Assembly (NCBI GenBank): GCA_036676395.1
Contig: JAKFCY010000002.1
Coordinates: 1,568,001 to 1,632,000, forward strand
Origin: Bdellovibrio sp.
GTDB lineage: Bacteria; Bdellovibrionota; Bdellovibrionia; Bdellovibrionales; Bdellovibrionaceae
DNA: 64,000 nt
Direction of reading: 5' to 3'
A program made the translations under genes and the position numbers. Shown here in pieces: positions 10,451-19,613 of the stretch (positions are counted from its first letter, which is position 1; the number at the start of each line of letters is the position of its first letter). The notes below the pieces were generated by a model. It saw only the letters and a list, made by a program, of their open reading frames with translations, had not been told where the DNA came from and did no database searches.

Positions 10451-10526
10451 TCGTTACTTTTTCAGAGCAACGAATTTGATTCGGATGTATGTGTGTGTGC
10501 CTGTCTTTTACTTTTACAAGTAAAAA

Positions 10527-10718
10527 CTATTTATTAGATTTTTGAGATTGGCTTGTGTCTGATTGTCTTTCACCGTATTGCGAATCGCGTGAAGTTTGAC
10601 CCGTGCTAGAGCTTCTGTCTGCATTTGGAGTTTGGTTCGATTTATTTGTCTGACCAGATTGTCCACCTTGTTGATTTTGATTTGCGTTTTGATTTGACAT
10701 GTTATTATTTTGTGCCAT
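10527..10718 (-). CDS. Small N/Q/S/G-rich hydrophilic protein (63 aa)
   Basis: AAGGAG SD, own promoter-like element and terminator; almost no hydrophobic residues; paralog at 10973-11176. Confidence 0.75.
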   Translation of the reverse strand: MAQNNNMSNQNANQNQQGGQSGQTNKSNQTPNADRSSSTGQTSRDSQYGERQSDTSQSQKSNK

Positions 10719-10771
10719 TTTTATTCTCCTTGGTTTAATTCGATTTTATCGAAAGTTACTTTAAGGTCATT

Positions 10772-10787
10772 TACAAGTTCTGTTCCA
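10772..10787 (-). promoter_or_regulatory. Sigma54-like -24/-12 element
   Basis: TGGAAC-AGAAC-TTGTA; identical 16-mer at 11215-11230. Confidence 0.6.
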
Positions 10788-10896
10788 AACTCTAATGTTG
10801 TTATTTTTGAGATGAAATAAAATGCTGCACCTAGTTCCCATAATTTTGACCCATAAAGGTTCACAATAAAAATTTTATGTTTCGCGAAATCAAATA

Positions 10897-10934
10897 AAAA
10901 AAAGAGCCTTATCTTGCGATAAGACTCTTCCAAC
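10897..10934 (-). terminator. Rho-independent terminator, copy 2 of a 38-bp repeat
   Basis: Identical to 10413-10450 except one loop base. Confidence 0.85.
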
Positions 10935-10972
10935 CATTGTCTTTTTAATTACAATGATTTGATTTAAAAAAT

Positions 10973-11176
10973 TTATTTACCTGATCTCTGTTGTTGGCTA
11001 CCGCCAGATTGCCCTTGATTAAAACTTGAATCACGCGTCGTGCTGCCAGTACCGGTGCTTGGGTTTGTCGTAGAGCCTTTATCTAAATTTGGATCTTGGC
11101 CGCCCGATCGATTAGCTTGATCACCCTGTTGACGCTGATTTACATTTTGATTTTGGTTGTTAATATTTTCTTTCAT
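10973..11176 (-). CDS. Small N/Q/S/G-rich hydrophilic protein (67 aa)
   Basis: GAGGAG SD, same promoter/terminator frame as 10527-10718; shared NQN.NQ.QQG.Q and T.RDS segments. Confidence 0.75.
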   Translation of the reverse strand: MKENINNQNQNVNQRQQGDQANRSGGQDPNLDKGSTTNPSTGTGSTTRDSSFNQGQSGGSQQQRSGK

Positions 11177-11214
11177 TTTAAATCTCCTCGTAAAAGAAAC
11201 TGTTAAGCCTTAAA

Positions 11215-11230
11215 TACAAGTTCTGTTCCA
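11215..11230 (-). promoter_or_regulatory. Sigma54-like -24/-12 element
   Basis: TGGAAC-AGAAC-TTGTA. Confidence 0.6.
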
Positions 11231-11339
11231 GCACTCAAAGCTGCTAATTTTGAACTGAAGCACCTTTGCTGCGGCTAGTTTCACAAACTTGTCCCAAGAA
11301 AGGATTCGAAAAATTTCAGACAAGGTGTATAATTAAACC

Positions 11340-11777
11340 ATGAAGACTTTAAATGACTGGCTTTCGGCTTATGGCGAAACACATAAAAATAAAATCAATA
11401 GAACAATTCATTTAATATGTGTTCCGCTAATTTTATTCAGCGTTATCGGAATTTTATGGTGCATCCCCAAAGGATTTTTATTTCCAGATATTAAATATGT
11501 AAACTGGTCACACTTAGCGATGTTGTTAGCCTTGGTTTTTTATGCACGTTTAGGCGTTAGACCTTTTTTATTAATGTTTAGTACATTTGCAGCAATTCAT
11601 TTAGTGCTGATGCTTCTTGATTCAAACACAACGCAACTTCTGACATTGAATATCACAATATTTGTTTTAGCTTGGATCGGCCAATTTTATGGTCATCATA
11701 TAGAGGGCAAAAAGCCCTCGTTCTTTCAAGATCTACAATTTTTATTGATCGGCCCGCTGTGGGTCTACTATCACTAA
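11340..11777 (+). CDS. DUF962 / Mpo1-like membrane protein
   Basis: YGETHKNKINRTIHLICVPLI, WIGQFYGHHIEGKKPSF, QFLLIGPLW. Confidence 0.9.
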   Translation: MKTLNDWLSAYGETHKNKINRTIHLICVPLILFSVIGILWCIPKGFLFPDIKYVNWSHLAMLLALVFYARLGVRPFLLMFSTFAAIHLVLMLLDSNTTQLLTLNITIFVLAWIGQFYGHHIEGKKPSFFQDLQFLLIGPLWVYYH

Positions 11778-11835
11778 AATCGATTTATACCGTTGCATCA
11801 GGCCTTTAATTAGGCAGATTTATTAAAACTAATGC

Positions 11836-11864
11836 GTGACTTTAAAAGGCCCTCGCCTTATCTT
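11836..11864 (+). promoter_or_regulatory. Putative sigma70 promoter of tRNA-fMet
   Basis: GTGACT-N17-TATCTT just upstream of the tRNA. Confidence 0.4.
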
Positions 11865-11882
11865 AACGTCACATCAGTCAGT

Positions 11883-11959
<77 letters not shown>

Positions 11960-12378
11960 ATTTTTTCTCAAAGTCTTTTGAGAATTATTAAATCCACAGA
12001 CATACAAGATCAGATTAGAAGAACCCCATTATTAAAAAATACATTACCGAATCAACGATCACTCAGGTGATTTGCAGCCATTTTTTTTGGAGCATCGTTA
12101 TTTCTGCTGCTTTAATTTATACGTAGCCAATCAATCTACTTATCTAATGCATAATGACCTTCGTAACATTCTTTCCTTTTGAAGATTCAAATTCAACTAA
12201 TGCTAGCTCGCTCGATTTGATTTTTAAGGTAATCTTTCTTAAGGACGGATGAAGTCTCTTTTTTTTAAGCTAAGTTGTTTGGTTTTTGACAAGCATTCAA
12301 GTAAAAAATCCTCAATTTTTTTTCATTTGTTTTTTTTGGTTTGATTCTTCAGCAAATAAAATGCTATTTACGTCCATT

Positions 12379-13356
12379 ATGAATAAACAAATCTTAATAG
12401 CGGCGTCTACTATTCTTTTATCTATTAATACTCTAGCTAGTAATTGTGATGGCGATCCATTACTAGGTATATGGAAATCTGAACTTATTACGAAAACTGA
12501 AGATAAATATGACCCTTGCGGTAATAGAGAAGTAATCAATACATCGGAGTATGATTTTATCAGCATCGATGGAAAAATAACCGGCTCTGGTTTCCAAAAT
12601 AATAGAATGAATTACAGTAATCCTTCTTGTCCTTCGAAAGAGCGTCGATGGATTTTCAAGCTTATAACACCTAAGAATGGCAATCTAATTATGACCGCAG
12701 ACACGGGCCAGAGTGCTGAATTTAAATGTGATCTAAAAGGCGCAACTATGACTATAGAAGGAAAAGTATTTAATAAAACAAGTGATTCAAATATTCCTAC
12801 AACTCCTAATGATCCAAACGCACCTTTTGTTCCAGAAGTATGCTGGAACTGCCCTGTTTTAGTTAATCACCATCCACTTCAATATCCTCCACCTGGAACG
12901 TCTGAAATTTGCAATCCAGAAAACTTACAAGGAACCTGGAAAGAGACAAAAGATTTTACCGACGCTGAAGGAGAATATTGTCAATGGAAGCATAAAACTG
13001 TAGAAGTCATCACTTTTGACATGAGTGGAAACAACCCCTACATTCAGGGCCCACAGCTAAATGGTCGTGGTTACATCAAGGGCGAACACACTTTGTTGAA
13101 GAAAGCCGACGGTTGGAATTGTAAAACAGTTATCGAAGACCGTGAATATACAAAGATCGAGATGGGTAAGTTAAATAGTGGACATACGACAGGAGATTTA
13201 ACAATCCATGATATACGGCCTAACCCTAATTATCCTATGAGCACTAAAATAACGGGTATGGATCTTTTTCCAGCTTGCACTGTTTATGGCGGCAAGTTTT
13301 TGGTTTTTGGTTTTTGGTCGCGCCGAAAAGAGAAGATTAGAAAAACAATAGCTTAA
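12379..13356 (+). CDS. Secreted Cys-rich hypothetical protein with two similar beta domains
   Basis: Signal peptide MNKQILIAASTILLSINTLA from ATG 12379; repeated C...L.G.WK motif; Pro-rich linker. Confidence 0.75.
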   Translation: MNKQILIAASTILLSINTLASNCDGDPLLGIWKSELITKTEDKYDPCGNREVINTSEYDFISIDGKITGSGFQNNRMNYSNPSCPSKERRWIFKLITPKNGNLIMTADTGQSAEFKCDLKGATMTIEGKVFNKTSDSNIPTTPNDPNAPFVPEVCWNCPVLVNHHPLQYPPPGTSEICNPENLQGTWKETKDFTDAEGEYCQWKHKTVEVITFDMSGNNPYIQGPQLNGRGYIKGEHTLLKKADGWNCKTVIEDREYTKIEMGKLNSGHTTGDLTIHDIRPNPNYPMSTKITGMDLFPACTVYGGKFLVFGFWSRRKEKIRKTIA

Positions 13357-13380
13357 GCTAGCAAAGCTCTTGCATCCTAC

Positions 13381-13412
13381 AAAGCCCCGGTGATGTACCG
13401 GGGCTTTTTTTT
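13381..13412 (+). terminator. Rho-independent terminator
   Basis: AAAGCCCCGGT-GATGT-ACCGGGGCTTT followed by a T run. Confidence 0.85.
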
Positions 13413-13540
13413 ATTTAAATCCTGCTTCACGCGAGTGAACAATCAAAGCCCATCGGGAGTTTTTGAACTTTTCTGAAAACATTGCTGTTTTATTCAAGCA
13501 TCTAAAATTAGCTTATGACAAAGCGACTACAATCAATTAC

Positions 13541-14194
13541 TTAATTATTTTCTATTTTTTTTATTTCATATTGTCTACAGCCCTTCGAACCCTCTCGCTG
13601 CTTGGCGATTAATTCAAATAATCTTTTACTTTCAATCACAGAAGATGCTCTGTACATGTAGTAATGGGGAAGCGCCGGGTGATTTTCCCACTTTGCTTTC
13701 GGATAAACACCCCCCAGCAATTCAGCTCCTCCCGCAGCATCACAATAATCCCAATTAGCACCGGCGCTCTGGTCAGGTGAAGTGATATAAAAAGTAATCG
13801 CCTGCTCATTAGGTTTCGTGCAAGTAAAGTTGTCGTTGTTCATTAAACTTAAGTCAGCGTGTCCAAAACAGCCCAAGTTACAAGATTTTTCTAAAATCGG
13901 CTCAATTGTTTCTGTTCTAAAATAGTAAGGAAGTTCTTCCTCAACAGTTTTTGAGAATTCATAAACGATGTGCTTTTGAGAGTTATTTTTCCAGTCTTTT
14001 AGAAACGTCGCGTCTGGCTTGAATCCGCCACTACATACATAAGTCGTCGAATGAGTATTACACTTACTCTTCCAAACGAAGGTAACAGATGGATCATTTT
14101 TATGATCATCGAGGGAACAACCTTCTTTGAAACTATTTGCTTTGAGAGTAAAAAACGAAAGTAACGCAATTACAAACGTGACTTTGTAAGCCAT
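13541..14194 (-). CDS. Secreted Cys-rich hypothetical protein
   Basis: 217-aa ORF, signal peptide, GGGGGA SD, 8 Cys. Confidence 0.75.
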   Translation of the reverse strand: MAYKVTFVIALLSFFTLKANSFKEGCSLDDHKNDPSVTFVWKSKCNTHSTTYVCSGGFKPDATFLKDWKNNSQKHIVYEFSKTVEEELPYYFRTETIEPILEKSCNLGCFGHADLSLMNNDNFTCTKPNEQAITFYITSPDQSAGANWDYCDAAGGAELLGGVYPKAKWENHPALPHYYMYRASSVIESKRLFELIAKQREGSKGCRQYEIKKIENN

Positions 14195-14422
14195 GCTTAT
14201 CCCCCCATTTAATAGAGTATCTGTTATTGTTATTGAACTATAGTTTAAAAAAAGAATTACCAGATTGAGACGCCGAAAAAGGCCTGATCAAAGGCATACT
14301 GACCCTTCTGTTTCAATCACGCCTTCAATCTATTGATCTCGAGCTTATTCGCCTACAACAGTTTCTAGGTTCTGTTGATTTGACCCCGTACCAAATTTTT
14401 TTCTGATGAGTTTTAAAAAATT

Positions 14423-15823
14423 TTATTCAGACTGCGTTAAAACACAGCCAAATTTTTGCCCGCGGTATACAGCTTTTGCCTTTTTAAATAAACCTAAGCC
14501 CAACGTTGCCGTCACAATACCATCATCTTTAATTTTCAAACGCGGAAGCACTGGAAAAGATGTTTTCATATCTTCTTTACAAGCTTTCTCGCTACGGCCG
14601 ACAACCAAACGACATGAACAGTATTCCTTAACGATATAAGCACGTAATAAGTGTGGCACAACTAATAGCGACTCCATTGTGCCGCGATCTTCTGGATCTT
14701 CATACTCTTGGTCATCGGGCTGATAATTAGTTTTAGCTAGAACCCGATTAGAACTACCCACAGTTTCAAAAGCTAAGTTTTTTGAACGCACAAGTTTTGC
14801 AACAGCTTTATAAAAAGCTTTCCGATCCAAAGCTTTTTTATCACGCGCAAGCCTTACAACAACGAATTGCTGTGAAGGACTGGCCGCCACAATTTGCCCC
14901 TGATGGCCGTACATAATTAAAGTATCTAGAGGTAAATCATTATACGCAGATGGCAGGTTACGCCCTTCGATAGCGCGATTCGTCGTTAACTGAATTGAAT
15001 AGGCTTTGTTCACTTCGTTAAATTCTTGAATCTTGTTATGCACCCCGGGTGCCACCGTATTCATAAGTTCAAAATAACTTGGTGAAAATAATTGCTGACC
15101 GTTCCAGACACCTTTATTCATTAGAAGCTGACCTAATTTTAAATAGTCTGAAGGCTTCATGTAAATATATGATGAGCCAACAAAATTACCCTTCATATCT
15201 TGCTCAAATGTTGCATCAATTCCCATCGGGTTAAATAACTTCTGCCACGGGTAATTATTATATTTAGCCTGATTGCCGATCGCTTTTTGCAGGATACCCA
15301 TCAGTAGATTAGTGTCGCCACTTGAATAGTTAAAATATTCACCCGGCTCGCCCACTTTTGATAAAGGCATCTTTAACATAAAATCAGTGAACCCCATTTT
15401 TTGCCCGTCAAGATACAGCATATTTGTTAGATCTAAATGTGACGGAAATCCCTTAAAGGCTTCTTTAAAATGAAGGCCCGAAGACATTTGTAAGACATCA
15501 ACGATGCGGGCATCATTTTTAAATTCAGGAAAATATTTTTTTACAGGGTCATCAATTGAAAGTAACCCTTCTTTAGCAGCGATTCCGATCAACATCGCTG
15601 TCATTGTTTTAGCCGTCGACCACGATAAATGTTTTGTATTCGGCGTGTATTCACGCGCGTAATATTCATAAATGACTTTGCCATCTTTATACACCAGCAC
15701 AACATCTGTATTGGCTTTTTCTGTATCACGCAGAAGTTCGGTTAATTCTTGTTGCGCGGTTTTTGCTTGCCCCAGAATTGAAAACAAAAAAGTTACGATA
15801 AACAATGTGCTGATGGTTTTCAT
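14423..15823 (-). CDS. Secreted serine hydrolase (beta-lactamase/class C-like family) with extra C-terminal Cys domain
   Basis: SWSTAK (SxxK), LQMSSGL, FNYSSGDTNLL, YGHQGQ, VVVRL; signal peptide from ATG 15823. Confidence 0.88.
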   Translation of the reverse strand: MKTISTLFIVTFLFSILGQAKTAQQELTELLRDTEKANTDVVLVYKDGKVIYEYYAREYTPNTKHLSWSTAKTMTAMLIGIAAKEGLLSIDDPVKKYFPEFKNDARIVDVLQMSSGLHFKEAFKGFPSHLDLTNMLYLDGQKMGFTDFMLKMPLSKVGEPGEYFNYSSGDTNLLMGILQKAIGNQAKYNNYPWQKLFNPMGIDATFEQDMKGNFVGSSYIYMKPSDYLKLGQLLMNKGVWNGQQLFSPSYFELMNTVAPGVHNKIQEFNEVNKAYSIQLTTNRAIEGRNLPSAYNDLPLDTLIMYGHQGQIVAASPSQQFVVVRLARDKKALDRKAFYKAVAKLVRSKNLAFETVGSSNRVLAKTNYQPDDQEYEDPEDRGTMESLLVVPHLLRAYIVKEYCSCRLVVGRSEKACKEDMKTSFPVLPRLKIKDDGIVTATLGLGLFKKAKAVYRGQKFGCVLTQSE

Positions 15824-15901
15824 ATTAATTTTTTCGGGACTTTCTAGATCTGAATCGAGTCCAGTAGTCGAGAAAACATGTATCGAACTGAGAATTAACA
15901 T

Positions 15902-15938
15902 AAAAAAAGGGTTATGAATTTCTTCATAACCCTTTTTT
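15902..15938. terminator. Bidirectional-type terminator
   Basis: AAAAAAAGGGTTATGAA-TTTC-TTCATAACCCTTTTTT. Confidence 0.85.
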
Positions 15939-15964
15939 GTTTTTAGTATTGTAGGCCGTTTCTA

Positions 15965-16528
15965 CTATTCAACAGTGCATTCCATGCTTTCGTGCAATTC
16001 AACACTTTGTCCGGTTTTTGCGTTGGTAATCAAACCAGTCAACAAAATGCTTCGTTTTTTAGAATCAATAATTTTGATTTTAGCATCAAGTTCAACATCA
16101 ACTTTTAAACGAAGTTTTTTGCTGATGGATTCAGAGCTAACGATACTTGCGTCTGAAACTGTTTGAAAATCTTTTCCAGTGACATCGATTTCGCCTTGCT
16201 TAACTGAACATGAGAAATCTTCGCTCAATGAATCATTGTTGTTTGTGCAAGATCCTTTTGGCGAAAGGTATAATCCTAAAGCAATGGGTGCCAGGTTCTC
16301 ATCAGACGCGCGGCCAGTTAACTGATTTACACTATTAAAACCAGCTTGAAAAAACCATGAGGCGTCTATGGTGATATAGGTGCCATTAAAGCCGATAGCT
16401 CCATCGCGGTTGATAAACATATCAGCTTGGCGAAATGATATGACTTCTGTACATTTCAGGCTTTCAGCTAAAGCGCTAAAAGATATAAGACTTGTTAATG
16501 CGGCTACTGTTAATGATTTAATTTTCAT
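15965..16528 (-). CDS. Secreted hypothetical protein
   Basis: Signal peptide ending SALA; GGAG SD; beta-rich with 4 Cys. Confidence 0.75.
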   Translation of the reverse strand: MKIKSLTVAALTSLISFSALAESLKCTEVISFRQADMFINRDGAIGFNGTYITIDASWFFQAGFNSVNQLTGRASDENLAPIALGLYLSPKGSCTNNNDSLSEDFSCSVKQGEIDVTGKDFQTVSDASIVSSESISKKLRLKVDVELDAKIKIIDSKKRSILLTGLITNAKTGQSVELHESMECTVE

Positions 16529-16632
16529 AAGGGAATCTCCATTTCTTAGAGATAACCTAACTTAGGTTTAATAATTAAAGTAATGAATAGTACTGCTGAT
16601 TATCATTAATCATTTTAATGATGCGCTAACTC

Positions 16633-17148
16633 CTATAGAGCGAGACGCTTAGTCTTAACTAAAATCTTTAACAGCAACAGAGCAACCATCGGCCCCACTA
16701 AAAGCATGTAATACCAGTTTCCGGCGACTCGGCCAGCGTAGCTTGCAAAAAAGATGAACCACAAATAGTACATGCCAAACGTGTGTAAAGTTCTCCAGCG
16801 CTTGATTCCTAATTTTTGAACTGAAAAATCATTCGAGGTCATCGTCATGGCAAAAATAAACACATAACCAAGTCCGCCAAAAATAATGGTCGTTGGCTGC
16901 GCCACTTGATAAAACAATTCAGGATCAATTTTGTATAGCATGGCAAACAGGATTCCGTGACAAAGATGTGAAAAAGCAAAACTTAAGCCGACAGCGCGTC
17001 TGTTCTTCATCCAAAAGCCAAATTTATTTTTTAGAAGAAATCGTAAAGACGATGTCATGAAGGCGAGCAGAAATAACAACATAGATATGCGAGCTGTTAC
17101 TTGTATACCTAAACGTACCCCTTCTTGCAGAGTCAGATCCGTCATCAC
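16633..17148 (-). CDS. Ferric-reductase-like transmembrane protein (MsrQ-like)
   Basis: RRAVGLSFAFSHLCH, TSNDFS..LG..RWRTLH..Y heme-His pattern. Confidence 0.8.
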   Translation of the reverse strand: MMTDLTLQEGVRLGIQVTARISMLLFLLAFMTSSLRFLLKNKFGFWMKNRRAVGLSFAFSHLCHGILFAMLYKIDPELFYQVAQPTTIIFGGLGYVFIFAMTMTSNDFSVQKLGIKRWRTLHTFGMYYLWFIFFASYAGRVAGNWYYMLLVGPMVALLLLKILVKTKRLAL

Positions 17149-17168
17149 TTTAGTCTCTCCTTATACGA

Positions 17169-18314
17169 TCAGCGTAACAACGCTTCGATTCGTTCGCAAG
17201 CTTTACCATCCCCAAAAGGATTCTTCGCTTTCGACATCTTGTCGTAAACTGCTTTATCGTCAAGAAGCTCGTTCACTGTCGCAATGAAGGCCCCTTTTTC
17301 AAGCGGAGCTAAGCGCGAAGTGCCTGCCGCAATGGCTTCAGGACGTTCGGTATTTTCTCGAGCGATAAGCACTGGTTTTCCAAGCGATGGAGCCTCTTCT
17401 TGAACCCCGCCCGAGTCTGTGATGATGAAATGGCTGCGATTCATTAGATAAACAAAGGGAATATAATCGACCGGATCAGAAAGCCAGATTTGACTGGTTT
17501 TACCACTAGCCTCTTTAATCCAGGTGGCATGACTTTCTAAAATTTCACAGGCGTTCTTTCTGACTTCAGGATTTAGATGCAGAGGGATTAAAAATTCAAC
17601 GTCTGAACGTTTAGACAATTCTAGGATGGCCTGCATAACTGTTTTAATATTTTTTTCAAATGATTCACGTCGATGAAGTGTCACTAAAATAAGTTTTTTG
17701 TTTTTATTTAAAAACTTAAACTGAGATTCAAACTCTTGCGTAAGAACCGGTGTATTTTCGATCGTACTTTTAACTTCAAAAAGCGTATCGATTCCGGTAT
17801 TTCCGGTCACATGAATAGTTTTAACATCGACGTGTTCAGCCAGAAGATTTTTTTTAGCTTCTTCAGTAGGTGCCAAATGAATGTTACCGATAACTGATAG
17901 GGCTTTGCGATTAAATTCTTCAGGAAATGGTGAATAGATATTATTTGATCTTAAACCAGCTTCTAAGTGAATCACTTCGATTTTATTATAGAAAGCCACA
18001 AGCCCACCAGTAAAGCTACTGGTGGTGTCGCCTTGAACAATAATGCTATCAATCTTGTTGTTATCAATTATTTCTTGCAGGCCTAACATCACACGCGAAG
18101 AAAGCGCTGTGAGTGTCTGGCCTGGCTTCATTAAATCTAAGTCAAAGTCTGGGGTAATTTTAAAAAAACTTAATAAGGGTTTAAGCATTTCTCGATGTTG
18201 ACCCGTTGAACAAACCAGCACCTTAAATTTTGAATTTTTTTTAAGTTTCAAAATGAGCGGTGCTACTTTAATTGTTTCAGGCCGGGTTCCAAATACAAAG
18301 AGAAGTGTTTTCAT
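17169..18314 (-). CDS. wecB: UDP-N-acetylglucosamine 2-epimerase (non-hydrolysing)
   Basis: FGTRPE, TGQHREML, QGDT, HLEAGLRS, PFPEEFNR, TDSGGVQEEAPSLGKP, TERPE, NPFGDG. Confidence 0.97.
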   Translation of the reverse strand: MKTLLFVFGTRPETIKVAPLILKLKKNSKFKVLVCSTGQHREMLKPLLSFFKITPDFDLDLMKPGQTLTALSSRVMLGLQEIIDNNKIDSIIVQGDTTSSFTGGLVAFYNKIEVIHLEAGLRSNNIYSPFPEEFNRKALSVIGNIHLAPTEEAKKNLLAEHVDVKTIHVTGNTGIDTLFEVKSTIENTPVLTQEFESQFKFLNKNKKLILVTLHRRESFEKNIKTVMQAILELSKRSDVEFLIPLHLNPEVRKNACEILESHATWIKEASGKTSQIWLSDPVDYIPFVYLMNRSHFIITDSGGVQEEAPSLGKPVLIARENTERPEAIAAGTSRLAPLEKGAFIATVNELLDDKAVYDKMSKAKNPFGDGKACERIEALLR

Positions 18315-18325
18315 TAAAATTACGA

Positions 18326-19600
18326 CTAGTTCTTAAAGTAGTGGTCTTTAACAATGTCTTCGGTTTGTTGTTTTCCAACCGGAGAAAAACCATTATCATT
18401 TGAACCAATTTTAGTCGGATCTACAGCGATATCCCAGAAATTAATACCTTTAAACCAAGGCCATTGCGGTGTCCAAAACGAATCAAAGATCGCCTGAAAA
18501 GCGGCTGCTTGATGGGGAACATTAACGGTACCTGTACCTGCATAAGCAAACGGATCAATAAAACCTGAATCTACCGAGCGAAAGCCGATCTCTTTGATAA
18601 TCGCTTCTTTATGATGATCTAAAGTTAATTCGATTTGCATAAAGCCATTATCTAATTGTGTAGCGTAAGAATCTGAACGCGATTTCAAAACACTAACTAA
18701 AGCACTATAATCAACTGGTAATGTCTGATTTTTAGAAGCTAATGAACGGTAAATATCAAGACCTACAGAATCCAATTCTTTCCAGAAACTAACCAGATCA
18801 TTCCAGATTTTTAATTCTTCAGGATTTGTGGGATTAGCAAGGTCAACTAAACGGTAACGCCATCTTTCAAATTCACCACCAGAAGCGGCAAAACCATCGG
18901 AATTCACAGTATCGTCAGTAAAGTTAATATCATACATCAAACGAGCCGCCGGAAGTTTAGCGCGCACATAACGAAGAAGTTCTAACCAACGACCCGGAAA
19001 GCCGTAAGGAAACTCTAGCCACTGATCTTCAATACCCACTGTCATAGAATAAAGCTCGGCACCGATTGTGAATTCATCAACTTTAGCTAATCTAGCCACA
19101 GTAAGGTACACATCTAAGTACACACGAAATGATTCAAACCAGCGATTAGGATCTTGTGGTTGAATATTACCGTGCCACCAAGTCTTGATAGAACCATCTG
19201 GTTGTTTTTCAAAATAAGGAAATTCGCCGTTGGGGCCGATCACGAAAAATATCGGACGTAATCCCACAGTCATACCTTGTGATTGAATGTACTTAATTAA
19301 ACGAAGCATGCGTTTAGCTTCAGCAGCGCGTTCTGCTGGCGGCGTTACCGGCACGATTTCAGAAGAAAAAGGCCCTTTCATAATCGCACGCACATTTAAA
19401 ATAATATGGTTTGAACCCAAACGTTTTGCGTGATCAACGGCATTTTGAGCCAAAGTTTTTGGTTCAACAGAAGTTGCCGTTGCATCATAAGCAAAGCCTT
19501 CAGATTCGGTTAAATTAAAACCGGCAACATAACTGCCCCAGGCCACACTATGAAGTGCAGCAACTATTAAACTTGTAAAAATAAATCGCGAAAATTTCAT
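18326..19600 (-). CDS. Secreted TIM-barrel glycoside hydrolase (GH113-like, clan GH-A)
   Basis: GMTVGLRP, WHGNIQP..WFESF, IGAEL (acid/base), FWKELDSVGLDIY, IIKEIGFRS (nucleophile), QAAAFQA, WFKGINFW. Confidence 0.75.
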   Translation of the reverse strand: MKFSRFIFTSLIVAALHSVAWGSYVAGFNLTESEGFAYDATATSVEPKTLAQNAVDHAKRLGSNHIILNVRAIMKGPFSSEIVPVTPPAERAAEAKRMLRLIKYIQSQGMTVGLRPIFFVIGPNGEFPYFEKQPDGSIKTWWHGNIQPQDPNRWFESFRVYLDVYLTVARLAKVDEFTIGAELYSMTVGIEDQWLEFPYGFPGRWLELLRYVRAKLPAARLMYDINFTDDTVNSDGFAASGGEFERWRYRLVDLANPTNPEELKIWNDLVSFWKELDSVGLDIYRSLASKNQTLPVDYSALVSVLKSRSDSYATQLDNGFMQIELTLDHHKEAIIKEIGFRSVDSGFIDPFAYAGTGTVNVPHQAAAFQAIFDSFWTPQWPWFKGINFWDIAVDPTKIGSNDNGFSPVGKQQTEDIVKDHYFKN

Positions 19601-19613
19601 GATATTCCTTTAA

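Noticed and set aside
10721..10933. 70-aa ORF between the micro-ORFs
   Set aside because: It starts in the terminator and spans the promoter region; no SD; better explained as non-coding.
10413..10934. 38-bp palindromic direct repeat as a CRISPR array
   Set aside because: Only two copies about 450 bp apart, each a hairpin plus T-tract after an ORF; no cas genes.
11960..14405. Active prophage or integrative element at the tRNA
   Set aside because: No integrase or phage genes; only a degenerate repeat, reported as a possible remnant.
14423..15823. Antibiotic-resistance beta-lactamase
   Set aside because: Motifs fit the broad serine-hydrolase/amidase subfamily; there is no KTG triad of AmpC.
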